Assembly: GCA_041658955.1 (NCBI GenBank)
Contig: JBAZZE010000001.1
Span: forward strand, 16,676-80,675
Reading direction: 5' to 3'
From: Candidatus Shapirobacteria bacterium
GTDB lineage: Bacteria; Patescibacteriota; Microgenomatia; UBA12405
Length of the DNA stretch: 64,000 nucleotides
A program made the position numbers and the translations under genes. Of the stretch, positions 38,974 through 49,007 are shown in pieces. The notes under the pieces are model-generated. The model did not search any database. It was given only the letters and a program-made list of their open reading frames with translations, and had not been told where the DNA came from. Position 1 is the first letter of the stretch; each line of letters begins with the position of its first letter.

Positions 38974-39699
38974 ATGAAAAATATACTTGTCACTGGTGCA
39001 CTTCGGGGAATTGGTAAATCAGTTTTACAAGTTCTTCATGATGAAAGCTTCAATATCATTGGTATCTACAACTCCACCGAGTCTGAAGTTGAAAAAATAT
39101 CCAAAGATTTTCCCAACACTCAACTCCACAAAGTCGATCTCTCGTCTCGATTACAAATTAATGAATTTGTAACCAAATTAGGTGACACCAAACTTTTTGC
39201 GATTATCAATGTCGCCGGTATTGCTCTGGGAGACTCTGTTGGTTTATTCAGTCTCGACCAGTGGGACCAAACTATGGAAGTTAATTTAACTGCTCCACTA
39301 ATGCTGTCTACTTTGCTGGCCAACAATCTCGAAAACGGGGGATCAATAGTCAATGTTACTAGCGTTTATGGTTCACAATATGGAATGAATATGAGTCTAT
39401 CGTATTCATCTTCTAAGGCTGCTCTAAGTAATCTAACCAAATCATTGTCCTACCAATTAAGAGATAAAAACATTAGAGTCAACGCTGTTTCTCCCAGTAT
39501 TGTCGATACTGATATGACCTCTCAAGATACCAAGGAAATGTTAGACGAGGTCGCTCGCCGAACTCCGGTTGGGCGGATTGCCAAATCAGTGGAGATTGCC
39601 AATGTTGTTAGTTTTTTAATCTCTGAAAAAGCTAGCTACATCAATGGCCAGACAATTATTGCCGATGGGGGATACTCCTCTTGGGACGGAATCTACTAA
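38974..39699 (+). CDS. SDR oxidoreductase (FabG-like)
   Basis: TGALRGIG, YSSSK, IRVNAVSP, ADGG. Confidence 0.92.
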   Translation: MKNILVTGALRGIGKSVLQVLHDESFNIIGIYNSTESEVEKISKDFPNTQLHKVDLSSRLQINEFVTKLGDTKLFAIINVAGIALGDSVGLFSLDQWDQTMEVNLTAPLMLSTLLANNLENGGSIVNVTSVYGSQYGMNMSLSYSSSKAALSNLTKSLSYQLRDKNIRVNAVSPSIVDTDMTSQDTKEMLDEVARRTPVGRIAKSVEIANVVSFLISEKASYINGQTIIADGGYSSWDGIY

Positions 39700-39753
39700 A
39701 TTTTTAAAATAATCCTATTCATATTTCTCGGTCACAATCGGGTAAAATATACT

Positions 39754-39972
39754 ATGAAGAAATATGTTGTCGCTCTGATTGGTATTCTCTCCGCCTTCTA
39801 TCTTCTCAATCCCGGCTTTGGACTTTTCGAGTTTATCCCTGACAATATTCCCATCATTGGAAATTTGGACGAGGGGACTGCTATGTATCTACTTATCTCA
39901 TCACTTGCTTATTTTGGTATAGACATCAAAGGGATATTTAAGAATTGGTGGACTCGCCAAGATAAAAAATGA
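39754..39972 (+). CDS. DUF1232/YkvA small membrane protein
   Basis: IPDNIPIIGNLDE. Confidence 0.85.
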   Translation: MKKYVVALIGILSAFYLLNPGFGLFEFIPDNIPIIGNLDEGTAMYLLISSLAYFGIDIKGIFKNWWTRQDKK

Positions 39973-40418
39973 ATCTTGCTCAAACCCTTTTCATAACAAT
40001 TTATGGTTTTGTTTCTCTGCTAGTTTTTGTTAAAGGGTTTTATGAAGTAGCCAAAAAACACAACCCATTTGGCGAAAGTTTTGTTCTTTTTTGGATGGGA
40101 GTATTTGTTTGGGGTGATGCACTGGTCCTTGGTCTGTTCTGGTTTCTAGTATCAATCTTCATTTTTATATTAAAAGATTGGATTCTGTTTCTATTAATCT
40201 TTTCAGTATTTTGGGTAGTGAGAAGCCTGGGTGAAGTTGTATATTGGTTCAGTCATCAGTTTTCCACAGTGGTCCGCAATCCTCCCGAAACATTACTAGG
40301 ATACCGGCTTTTTAAAAATGATTCTATTTGGTTTGTTTACCAAATTGTCTGGCAATGTATATTAACTATTTCAATAGTCACCACCATTTTTCTAATAAAT
40401 TTGTGGAGATTAAGTTAA
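39969..40418 (+). CDS. membrane protein
   Basis: ~4 TM helices. Confidence 0.7.
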   Translation: MNLAQTLFITIYGFVSLLVFVKGFYEVAKKHNPFGESFVLFWMGVFVWGDALVLGLFWFLVSIFIFILKDWILFLLIFSVFWVVRSLGEVVYWFSHQFSTVVRNPPETLLGYRLFKNDSIWFVYQIVWQCILTISIVTTIFLINLWRLS

Positions 40419-40477
40419 ATACACTTTCTGAGGTATTAAAGTTTTTTCATACTATAAACTTGGATTAAGAAATATTT

Positions 40478-40528
40478 GTAAAAAGATCTACAAAAATCAA
40501 TTGACATTTTCGTAGAAATATCTATAGT
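40478..40528 (+). promoter_or_regulatory. promoter with two operator-like palindromes
   Basis: TTGACA at 40501, TATAGT at 40523; GTAAAAAGATCTAC (40478-91) and GTAGAAATATCTAT (40512-25). Confidence 0.6.
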
Positions 40529-40534
40529 TAGCCT

Positions 40535-41080
40535 ATGTTCAATCTTACAGTTAGTAACGCCCGTACCAATTTCCCCCTTAGCCCCAAAAAAATTATTAAA
40601 AAGACCATCTCAAAGGCGATGGCCTTACCTTGGATATATCTTTTCTTAGGTGCATTTTTTGCCCCGGCTTACCCATTATTACGCAATATCTTTGGTACTA
40701 GCACTATTCCCATCATTATAATTTTTATTATCATTTTATTTCTCCTAAACGTTCTTTGGACTTATATCTACGAAGGTTGGTACTTTAATACTTATTTTTA
40801 CGAACTCACTGAGAGTTTTATAGTAATTCGCAAAGGTGTTTTCTCAAATCAGGAGATAACAATTCCTTACGACAGAATTCAGGATGTCTATGTAGATCAA
40901 GATATCATCGATCGTATTTTTGGTCTTTATGATGTCCACTTATCGAGCGCAACTATGTCATCTTCTTGGTTGGCTCATATTGATGGTGTTGAACAAGCTG
41001 CTGCTGATGGACTAAAGCAAGCCTTACTTTCGAAATTACAACGTGGTCAAACCAGTAATGGAAACAAAATCACTCAATAA
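40535..41080 (+). CDS. bPH_2 (YdbS-like) membrane protein
   Basis: IRKGVF..ITIPYDRIQDV.V.Q..DRIFGL. Confidence 0.85.
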   Translation: MFNLTVSNARTNFPLSPKKIIKKTISKAMALPWIYLFLGAFFAPAYPLLRNIFGTSTIPIIIIFIIILFLLNVLWTYIYEGWYFNTYFYELTESFIVIRKGVFSNQEITIPYDRIQDVYVDQDIIDRIFGLYDVHLSSATMSSSWLAHIDGVEQAAADGLKQALLSKLQRGQTSNGNKITQ

Positions 41081-41654
41081 ACAAACCACGTTTACCATAA
41101 ATAAATTGTGGAAAATATTTCCTATATTTTCCCCCACTTTGCTCAGTCTGATTAATCTGATAATCAGCTTGTCTCTACTAGGATTCTATGGCAGATCTAA
41201 TATTTCCCCGGAAAGTATCGGACCATTATTCGTCTTTACTGCCGTCGGATTACTTTTCACCTTGGTATACTTTTTCTTAGGGACGGCTAGCCTTTACAGT
41301 ATTATTTATCGTCATTTATATATAAACAGTTTCCAGGTCACCGTCGGTGATGATCACCTGGTTGTCCAAAGTGGCATTCTCAATAAAAGTGAACGAACCA
41401 TTCCTTTTTCAGTTATCCAAAACATTGTCCTGTCCCACAGTCTAACTGATTATTATTTTGGACTTGCCTCTATATTTATTGAAAACGCCTCAAACTCTGG
41501 AATGGCTTTTGCACCATCTCGCCAGTCAGGAGCTGGTTTTAGTAACATGGTTTTTGTTCCTTGTTTATCGTCAGCTGCTGCTTTGGATTTGCGTAATCAA
41601 TTGCTGGATAAAGTAAAACTGTTTAATAGTTTGGCACCTGGCCAAGGTATCTAG
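41043..41654 (+). CDS. bPH_2 domain membrane protein
   Basis: SGILNKSERTIPFSVIQNI..YFGLASIFIENA. Confidence 0.8.
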   Translation: MVKPVMETKSLNKQTTFTINKLWKIFPIFSPTLLSLINLIISLSLLGFYGRSNISPESIGPLFVFTAVGLLFTLVYFFLGTASLYSIIYRHLYINSFQVTVGDDHLVVQSGILNKSERTIPFSVIQNIVLSHSLTDYYFGLASIFIENASNSGMAFAPSRQSGAGFSNMVFVPCLSSAAALDLRNQLLDKVKLFNSLAPGQGI

Positions 41655-42347
41655 ATGACAACTTATATTTCCGATCCGACCTACACTCCAAATCAAAACG
41701 AAAACGACGGTCAAAAACATGGTTTGATCATAGCCCTTATAGCCATTCAATTATTTTCAGTCGTTGCTACACTAGTCGTCTACGTTCTGATAATAACTAA
41801 AAACAGGTCACGTTTTGGCAACTTTACCATCGATAATACTACTTCAAAATCGGGCTACACTGCCAAAGTGGCTCCGCCTTCCACTACTTTTATTTCTAAG
41901 TCAAATCAAATCAAACTTGATTATAGTCAAGGAAATTACGATAAAGCCGATTCTGCGGCAACACAGCTATTGGCTTTTGCCAAAACTGATGATGAGCGAG
42001 CCATTGCCTATTATTGGCAAGGATTGACTTCTTACAGTTTAAAAAAATATAACGATTCTGAAATTTATTTAAACCAAGCCCTGGCTCTAAATCCCAAGTA
42101 CGCTGCTCCTTATGTCACCTTAGGTTCAATATCTCAACTAAGACAGGATGGTCAAAAAATGTTGGAATACTCAACAAAATGTATAAGTATTGATCCAAAA
42201 TACGCTTGGTGTCATAACAATCTTGGAATAGGTTACATGATGACCAATCAAAAAGAAAAAGGAATTGAAGAATTTCGTGAAGCAGTCAAACTGGACCCCA
42301 CTCAATATGTCTTTAATGAAAATCTAAAGCGAGCCTTGTCCCAATAA
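41655..42347 (+). CDS. membrane-anchored TPR protein
   Basis: One TM helix; ALALNP, IDPKYAW, AVKLDP repeats. Confidence 0.85.
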   Translation: MTTYISDPTYTPNQNENDGQKHGLIIALIAIQLFSVVATLVVYVLIITKNRSRFGNFTIDNTTSKSGYTAKVAPPSTTFISKSNQIKLDYSQGNYDKADSAATQLLAFAKTDDERAIAYYWQGLTSYSLKKYNDSEIYLNQALALNPKYAAPYVTLGSISQLRQDGQKMLEYSTKCISIDPKYAWCHNNLGIGYMMTNQKEKGIEEFREAVKLDPTQYVFNENLKRALSQ

Positions 42348-42672
42348 AATTATTTGCCTAAATGTCTACAGTCCGAAGCTAGGGAGTGGTCAATATAGTT
42401 CAAATTTCCACCTGGCCAGTTGTTCGATTAGTGAATTTACTTTTTAAAACCTATAACATGACAAATATCACTTATAATGATATAATTGTCCCGTAGTAAT
42501 ATCTAACGCCAAGCAATAGCAGCCTGGCTTTTTAGGTATTGCAGTACATTAAAAGCTTGACTATGACCAGCAACTTGTCGATCTTTATAGGTCGATAAAT
42601 TGCTGGTCATACTGTGCTGAAAACACCCGTCGTAAGTAAAAATCATCAAGAAAATACTCAAGGAGAATACGC

Positions 42673-43728
42673 ATGAACATAACCATTGGAACTGGATGGG
42701 CAATCACTTATGCCATCCTCGGTCTCATCGGAATCATCGGTGGAGCCATCTGGCTGATCTATAATGCCAGAGAACGTGAATCTGTACTTGGTCCGCTTGC
42801 CGTGCTCGTTGTTGGAATTGCCTCCGCCTACCTCTGGTCCTATGCGGCGACGCACTTCCGTGTTCCGGTCAATAAGCAAGCCCTGCTCATCAACACCATT
42901 GACCAGAAAGTCATCGGTACCCGCCAGTCAGGTATCCAAACCCGACCCATCTTCGGCGTCAAAGTGGAGCTGTGGCCCGCCAATACCCAGTACGACCTTC
43001 TCGTTGATATGGGTCCTGGAGTTGAGAGCGCAACCACGAAGAATGGCACCTCCATCTATGCTGACACCAAAGTCTATCTTGATCTGAGCCATATGGACAT
43101 CGAAGCGGCTTTTCGTGCATCCAATGGCAATTGGGACACCTTCTACGAAAAGAACCTTCGCCCTGGTCTAATGGATGTCACTCGAAACGTCTCGGATGGC
43201 TATGGAACAAGCGACCACACCTTCAAACGTGGCGAATGGGTCACAGATTACGAAGCCGCCCTGCAGGTGTACTTTGCCACTGCTGGAAAAGGATATGGTA
43301 TCGTTCTGGTTCCTGGTCGAACCACCATGTCATGGGACTTCGTAAACGAGCAGGATGCAAAGGCATACGATGATGCCAACCGCGCCGGTTACCTGACTCA
43401 ACAGCGTGAGAACGAAAAGGCGGCGCTGTTAATTGAAGCGGAAATGGCGAAGATTCGTTCAGAAATGCTCTCCTCAACGGCTGATGGAAGCATCACTGGT
43501 CTTCAGAAGATTTCCGATTTCATCGCTTCTCAGCCCGCAGAACTTCGCCCCTATCTGATGGAGTATTTGAAGACCATGGTTGATTTGGAATATTTGCGCC
43601 TTGTTGGTGAACAGCGTCCTGAGCAGTTCCTCCCTCCAAACAGTGGCACTGTTCCCACCTACAACTTCAACCAGCCCTTGGTAATCCCGACCAGTTTGCC
43701 ATCGGCAACACCTGCACCAACTCAGTAA
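42673..43728 (+). CDS. SPFH/band-7-like membrane protein
   Basis: 2 TM helices, SPFH-like core and coiled coil; AAGGAG RBS; visibly more GC-rich than its neighbours. Confidence 0.7.
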   Translation: MNITIGTGWAITYAILGLIGIIGGAIWLIYNARERESVLGPLAVLVVGIASAYLWSYAATHFRVPVNKQALLINTIDQKVIGTRQSGIQTRPIFGVKVELWPANTQYDLLVDMGPGVESATTKNGTSIYADTKVYLDLSHMDIEAAFRASNGNWDTFYEKNLRPGLMDVTRNVSDGYGTSDHTFKRGEWVTDYEAALQVYFATAGKGYGIVLVPGRTTMSWDFVNEQDAKAYDDANRAGYLTQQRENEKAALLIEAEMAKIRSEMLSSTADGSITGLQKISDFIASQPAELRPYLMEYLKTMVDLEYLRLVGEQRPEQFLPPNSGTVPTYNFNQPLVIPTSLPSATPAPTQ

Positions 43729-43763
43729 AAGTTTTCAACCAGCACAGTATCAAGTCGGCTATG

Positions 43764-43833
43764 GCCGCTCCTGCAATGTTGTTTGCGCCTGGGGATTTCC
43801 CCGGGCGCAACACATTGGGAGCGGCTTTTTTTT
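43764..43833 (+). terminator. very long intrinsic terminator hairpin
   Basis: GCCGCTCC..CAATG..TTGCGCCTGGGG-ATTT-CCCCGGGCGCAA..CATTG.GGAGCGGC followed by T8. Confidence 0.85.
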
Positions 43834-43944
43834 GGTCAAATTACTATCAAATAAATTCTCTCGTCAAAAATAAAAATATTGTCACGGTCATTGGTTCATT
43901 TTTGTCATCAGAGTTGAGTCCTAATCTTTGAGTTATACTTTCCT

Positions 43945-44484
43945 ATGTCGGCCAAAAAACTAATCGTTTGCGTCTGTCGAGGAAATATACTTCGCTCGGC
44001 CATCGCCGAAAAATTAATCAATAATCAACTTGATATTAATGGTTTGGGCGATAAGTACGAAGTCATCTCCAGAAGTATTCAGGGGACCACACTCGACACC
44101 AAACAGGTTAGATATCCAAACTTAACCTATTATTCGGAAGTTTATCAACGAGTAAAACCAATTCTGGACGAACTAAATGTTGATCTCAGCCAGCACGTTT
44201 CCACCGCAATTAATAATCAAACTGCGACAAACGCTACCCACATCTTCGCCATGGATAAACTAACTAAGTCTGCTCTTCAAACTCTTTTTCCAGACCATGC
44301 CAATAAAATATTATTATTTTCTGATTTAGTCGAACATATTGATGAAGTGGTAGATGTGCCTTATTACACCAAGCCAACATATAGTATTAAAACAATTCAA
44401 GAAATCAAAGGTATTTTAGATAAAGGAATTGGCAATCTACTTACTTTAGTTGAAACTGGAAATCTACCCGAAAAGTCTGTTTAG
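43945..44484 (+). CDS. low-molecular-weight protein tyrosine phosphatase family
   Basis: VCRGNILRSAIAE (Cx5R). Confidence 0.85.
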   Translation: MSAKKLIVCVCRGNILRSAIAEKLINNQLDINGLGDKYEVISRSIQGTTLDTKQVRYPNLTYYSEVYQRVKPILDELNVDLSQHVSTAINNQTATNATHIFAMDKLTKSALQTLFPDHANKILLFSDLVEHIDEVVDVPYYTKPTYSIKTIQEIKGILDKGIGNLLTLVETGNLPEKSV

Positions 44485-44506
44485 AATTTCTTGATAAAAT
44501 CAATCA

Positions 44507-45121
44507 ATGAAATTTGTTTTTGTTTCCCACGGTATTAACCAACTTGCTCGTAAAAAGTTGTTATCTCTAGCTGGTAAAAATACTAAGTTACTTTTAATCG
44601 ACACTCCGGCTAAAACATATATTCCAACTCCACCATGGTTGATTGAATCTATTGATGAACTAAAAGAAATTGGATTCAATGTCGATCAGTTTGACATTGA
44701 AGACGCTTACTATAACAAAGTTGACCTTGCCACTAAATTCAAAGAATATGGAGTTGTCGCCGTCAGCGGTGGTAATGTTTTTTATTTTCTATATTGGGCA
44801 GAAAAAGTTGGACTCAAAAAAATACTAGCGGACTATCTAAACAATGATGGAATTTATTTGGGTGAAAGTGCCGGTGCGGTCTGCCATCACCACGACCTCG
44901 AGCCTCTTAAGCTCGCCGATAAACCAGAGTTAGCACCTGCAATAGTTACTCATGGACTAGAGCTAACCGGCATCATAGTTATTCCTCACTGGGATAATGT
45001 CAAATATCACGAAGTTATGGAAAAAATTAGAAACATGTATATATCCCAAAATCTCACTACCTATCCACTCAATGACGGTCAAGTTATGTTTGTGGATGGT
45101 GATCAAATTGAAATTATCTAA
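44507..45121 (+). CDS. peptidase S51 (peptidase E family)
   Basis: VSGGN, GESAGA, IPH. Confidence 0.88.
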   Translation: MKFVFVSHGINQLARKKLLSLAGKNTKLLLIDTPAKTYIPTPPWLIESIDELKEIGFNVDQFDIEDAYYNKVDLATKFKEYGVVAVSGGNVFYFLYWAEKVGLKKILADYLNNDGIYLGESAGAVCHHHDLEPLKLADKPELAPAIVTHGLELTGIIVIPHWDNVKYHEVMEKIRNMYISQNLTTYPLNDGQVMFVDGDQIEII

Positions 45122-45167
45122 GTCTGGTCTTCACAACTATTACTTATTCGTTTGTTAAAATCAGGTT

Positions 45168-46034
45168 ATGAATAAAATCCTTATAATCGGCGGATCCCGT
45201 TTTGTCGGTCCATATCTAGTTGATCTAGTACTTAAAGACGGTAACGACTTAACAATCTTTAATCGGGGTAACTTTTCATCTGAATATCCAAACGTAAAAT
45301 TCATAAAAGGTGACCGCAACAATGGTTTTGCCACTCTTAAAGATCAGCATTTTGATATAGTCTTCGATACCTGCGCCTACAATGGGGTACAGACTCAACA
45401 GGTACTTGACCAAATAGATTTTGATTTCTTGGTTCATTTTGGGACTATGGCTTCCTATGCGGAAACTCATATTTTCCCCATTAAGGAAACTTCCCCAATC
45501 GGCATTTGGCCCACCATGGGGGATTATGGCAAAGGAAAAGCTGAGTGTGAAAAAGTTCTCGCCAATTCCCATAAAAAATATGCTTCACTTAGACCAACTT
45601 ATGTTTTAGGTCCAAATAATTATTGTGATCGGGAGAATTTTATCTATAACAAATTAGTCAAAGGTGAAGCAATAAAAATCCCCGGCAAAGGTACGTGTCT
45701 AAACCAATTTGTCTTTGCCAATGAGGTGGCTTATTGCCTTTATCTGCTTGGTAAAAATAAAATCGAAGGAGAGTACAACTGTGGCGGTGACGAATATATT
45801 TCACTCCTCGATCTGGTCAAAGAGATGGCTAGCATCAGTGGAACGGTACCGAAAATTGAATTCGATATGGACCACGATGGCAGCAATCAAGACGAATCTC
45901 TTTTCCCGTTTTCTAATGAAAATTTCCTTATCGATAATCAATTGATCAAAAAAACATTAAATATTGCCTTTGAGCCATTAGTTCCCAGACTCAAAAAAGA
46001 TTGGGAAGAATATTATAAAAATAATTTGAAATAA
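45168..46034 (+). CDS. NAD-dependent epimerase/dehydratase
   Basis: IGGSRFVG, YGKGK, LRPTYVLGP. Confidence 0.88.
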   Translation: MNKILIIGGSRFVGPYLVDLVLKDGNDLTIFNRGNFSSEYPNVKFIKGDRNNGFATLKDQHFDIVFDTCAYNGVQTQQVLDQIDFDFLVHFGTMASYAETHIFPIKETSPIGIWPTMGDYGKGKAECEKVLANSHKKYASLRPTYVLGPNNYCDRENFIYNKLVKGEAIKIPGKGTCLNQFVFANEVAYCLYLLGKNKIEGEYNCGGDEYISLLDLVKEMASISGTVPKIEFDMDHDGSNQDESLFPFSNENFLIDNQLIKKTLNIAFEPLVPRLKKDWEEYYKNNLK

Positions 46035-46922
46035 GTGGATAAATTCAAAAAAATCGCCACCATCAATGTTCTAAATATTCCCAAGAATATTGAAGAACAA
46101 ATTCAAAAATATTCAGAAGAAAAGGTGATGTTTTACTCCGATGACAGTCAATCAGAAGATGAGACAATCAGCCGGATTGGCGACGCCGACGCAGTTTTGG
46201 GTTCTTGGAACTCCACTATTACTAAAAAAGTTTTAGATAGTTGTCCAAATATAAAATACATTGGCATTTGTGGAACTAGCTTAACCAAGGTAGATGTCGA
46301 AGAAGTTAAAAAACACAATATTATTCTCAAAAACGTCACTGACTATGGTGATGAAGCTACTGCCGAATTTATTTTTGCCCAATTGTTAAACCTATACCGT
46401 GGCTTCGGAAAATATCATCTTGAAGAGGTACCGTCAGAATTAAACGGAAAAACTATTGGCATAATCGGTCTTGGTGCGGTCGGAAGGCAAGTTGCCGGTA
46501 TTGCTCTGGGGTTCAATATGAAGGTTACTTATTTTTCCAGAACCAGAAATTCTGAATTTGAAAATAAGGATTTGGTTTTTCAAGAGCTCGAAACTTTATT
46601 GGCTACTTCTGACATAATTTCACTTTGTGTTCCTAGAAATCTAAACATTATCGGTCAACATGAGTTTTCTCTGATTAAACCAAACGCTATTTTAGTAAAT
46701 ACTGCTATAGGCAATGTCTTTGACTTACCTAGTTTTATCGAGTGGATTAGTAAAGGACAAAACTTTTTTATAGTCGATAACCAAGAATATATCGACCAAA
46801 TTAAAAATCTTAAAAACGTTATTGCTCTATCTATTACCGCCGGTAAAACTAAAGAATCAATCGATCGTTTATCCAAAAAGATAATTTCGAATATCGAAAA
46901 ATATTTATCCGAAATAAACTAA
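46035..46922 (+). CDS. D-2-hydroxyacid dehydrogenase family
   Basis: TIGIIGLGAVG, SDIISL, LVNTA. Confidence 0.88.
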   Translation: MDKFKKIATINVLNIPKNIEEQIQKYSEEKVMFYSDDSQSEDETISRIGDADAVLGSWNSTITKKVLDSCPNIKYIGICGTSLTKVDVEEVKKHNIILKNVTDYGDEATAEFIFAQLLNLYRGFGKYHLEEVPSELNGKTIGIIGLGAVGRQVAGIALGFNMKVTYFSRTRNSEFENKDLVFQELETLLATSDIISLCVPRNLNIIGQHEFSLIKPNAILVNTAIGNVFDLPSFIEWISKGQNFFIVDNQEYIDQIKNLKNVIALSITAGKTKESIDRLSKKIISNIEKYLSEIN

Positions 46923-46971
46923 ATCTGTCCTCCTCATAGTTCACCAGAAATTCAAAGAGTTACAATTATTA

Positions 46972-47199
46972 ATGGCCAAAAAAAAGTTTTCCGAAAATCT
47001 TACTCGATCGATAATCAAATCAATTACTTTTCGGATATTAATAATTTGTTCAGATAGTATTATTATCTATTCCATTAGCCATCGGCTCGACTTAACCTTA
47101 GGAGTAATTTTTTTCTCAAACTTAGCTAGTACAATACTTTACTTTATTCACGAGAGAACCTGGAATTCAGTTCATTGGGGTAGAAATCATCTAGTGTAA
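46972..47199 (+). CDS. DUF2061 small membrane protein
   Basis: RSIIKSITFR..LYFIHERTWN. Confidence 0.85.
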   Translation: MAKKKFSENLTRSIIKSITFRILIICSDSIIIYSISHRLDLTLGVIFFSNLASTILYFIHERTWNSVHWGRNHLV

Positions 47200-47233
47200 A
47201 ATTACCATACTACTATTTTATTAGTATGAGTCT

Positions 47234-47794
47234 ATGACCAAAAAAACATTATCTTCTTCTCAAAGCGAACAACTACTTAAAACATTAAAATCCCGCTTCG
47301 ATAAAAACTTAGTACGACATTCCAGTCTAGACTGGTCCAAAATTCAGAAAAAATTAGAATCTAATCCGGAAAAACTTTGGTCATTAAATGAAATGGAACG
47401 GACAGGTGGCGAACCAGATGTGGTAGGTCTAGATAATAAAACTGGTGAATATTTATTTTTTGACTGCTCACCGGAAACACCCAAAGATAGGCGTAGTTTT
47501 TGCTATGACCGCGCCGCCCTAGACTCCCGAAAATCTTTTAAACCTAAAGATACGGCTATTGATATGTGTCAGTCTATGGGTATCGAATTGTTATCTGAAG
47601 AACAATACCGCCAGTTGCAGGAACAAGGTAAGTTTGACCTTAAAACCTCAAGTTGGCTACTAACCCCATCCCCTATACGTAAACTTGGTGGAGCTATCTT
47701 TGCCGATCGCCGATATGATCATGTGTTTATCTATCACAATGGCGCCGATTCTTATTATGCAGTTAGAGGTTTTCGTGGTGTTTTGAGAGTCTAA
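47234..47794 (+). CDS. DUF4256 protein
   Basis: MERTGGEPDVV, FDLKTSSW, HNGADSYYAVRGFRG. Confidence 0.85.
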   Translation: MTKKTLSSSQSEQLLKTLKSRFDKNLVRHSSLDWSKIQKKLESNPEKLWSLNEMERTGGEPDVVGLDNKTGEYLFFDCSPETPKDRRSFCYDRAALDSRKSFKPKDTAIDMCQSMGIELLSEEQYRQLQEQGKFDLKTSSWLLTPSPIRKLGGAIFADRRYDHVFIYHNGADSYYAVRGFRGVLRV

Positions 47795-47801
47795 CTATTC
47801 T

Positions 47802-48335
47802 ATGACCAGAAAAATTATTCTCAGCTTAGCCATGAGTCTTGATGGATATATTGCCACTAAAGATGACAAGTTTGATTGGATTTTGGGTGATGGTGATAAT
47901 TCGCTAAATACCAAAGAGTTTTGGAATTTTCCAGAGTTTCTCAAAACGGTTGATACTATTGTAATGGGCTCGCGTTGTTATGATCTCGGCCAGCATAAAG
48001 ATTTTACTGACAAGGAAGTCTTTATAGCCACTTTCAAAAAGCTGGAAGATAAGGATAATCTTCATTTTATTAATGGCAACATCGTCGAGGCTGTCTTAGA
48101 AAATAATCATCAATCAGATAAAAATATTTTTATTTGGGGAGGTGGGGGACTAGTTCATAATTTTCTAGAGTCCTCTGAAATAGATGAATTTTATATTGGT
48201 ATAGTCCCGGTAATTTTGGGTGATGGAATCCCTCTCTTTCGAGGAAAGACTCCTTCTATCAGACTCCACTTAGAAAAAATTATGTCAGAGAATGGAATTG
48301 TAGTTCTAAAGTATTCTAAAAAGTCACCAGTCTGA
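47802..48335 (+). CDS. dihydrofolate reductase-like (RibD C-terminal) protein
   Basis: AMSLDGYIA, GGGGL, PVILGDGIPLF. Confidence 0.9.
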   Translation: MTRKIILSLAMSLDGYIATKDDKFDWILGDGDNSLNTKEFWNFPEFLKTVDTIVMGSRCYDLGQHKDFTDKEVFIATFKKLEDKDNLHFINGNIVEAVLENNHQSDKNIFIWGGGGLVHNFLESSEIDEFYIGIVPVILGDGIPLFRGKTPSIRLHLEKIMSENGIVVLKYSKKSPV

Positions 48336-48391
48336 ACGTCTTGATGACATGTGGTTTAAAATCATTATTTATAAATTGATAATATATTTAT

Positions 48392-49003
48392 ATGTGTGGC
48401 CGATTTGCCCTAGAACCAGGAGACGATTTTTATGACCGATTTGATATTACCAATCAACTAAGTAAGCTACCTCAAAAAATAGATGCAGTTCCCGGAAAAG
48501 ACATTCCTGTAATTTTAAAAGAAAAAACAAACATAGTTCGACTAATGCGCTGGGGACTTGTTCCGTTTTGGGCCAAAGATGAAAAAATTGGTTTTAAAAT
48601 GTTCAACGCCAGAGCCGAAACTATTTTAGAAAAGCCATCTTTTCAAAAAGCTTTTAAAACACAGCGTTGCTTAGTCCCTGCCAGCGGCTTTTATGAGTGG
48701 AAGGTAGATGGAGATAAAAAAACTCCTTATTTTTTTGAAATAGGTTCCCGACCACTCATTTCTCTCGCCGGTCTTTTTGACATTTGGATAGAGCCTTTCC
48801 ACCAAAAACAAATCTACTCATTTACCATTATCACCACCCAACCTAATAGTGTTGTCAAACCTATCCATGACCGGATGCCAGTGATTTTGAAAGAAAAAGA
48901 AGAAAAAATGTGGCTCGACGAGTCAAAATCACCAGAAGAATTACTATCACTTCTAATTCCGTCTACTGAATCATTAGACTCGCGTTTACACAACTTTGCT
49001 TAA
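48392..49003 (+). CDS. SRAP/YedK-family abasic-site-protecting protein
   Basis: MCGRF, WGLVPFW, NARAET, GFYEW, IHDRMPVIL. Confidence 0.95.
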   Translation: MCGRFALEPGDDFYDRFDITNQLSKLPQKIDAVPGKDIPVILKEKTNIVRLMRWGLVPFWAKDEKIGFKMFNARAETILEKPSFQKAFKTQRCLVPASGFYEWKVDGDKKTPYFFEIGSRPLISLAGLFDIWIEPFHQKQIYSFTIITTQPNSVVKPIHDRMPVILKEKEEKMWLDESKSPEELLSLLIPSTESLDSRLHNFA

Positions 49004-49007
49004 GTTG

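Noticed and set aside
42371-42421. Degenerate tRNA-like or att-like fragment (GGGAGTGGTCAA..GTTCAAAT..CCACCTGGCCAG)
   Set aside because: It cannot form a cloverleaf and matches the 28-bp motif only partly; too weak to call.
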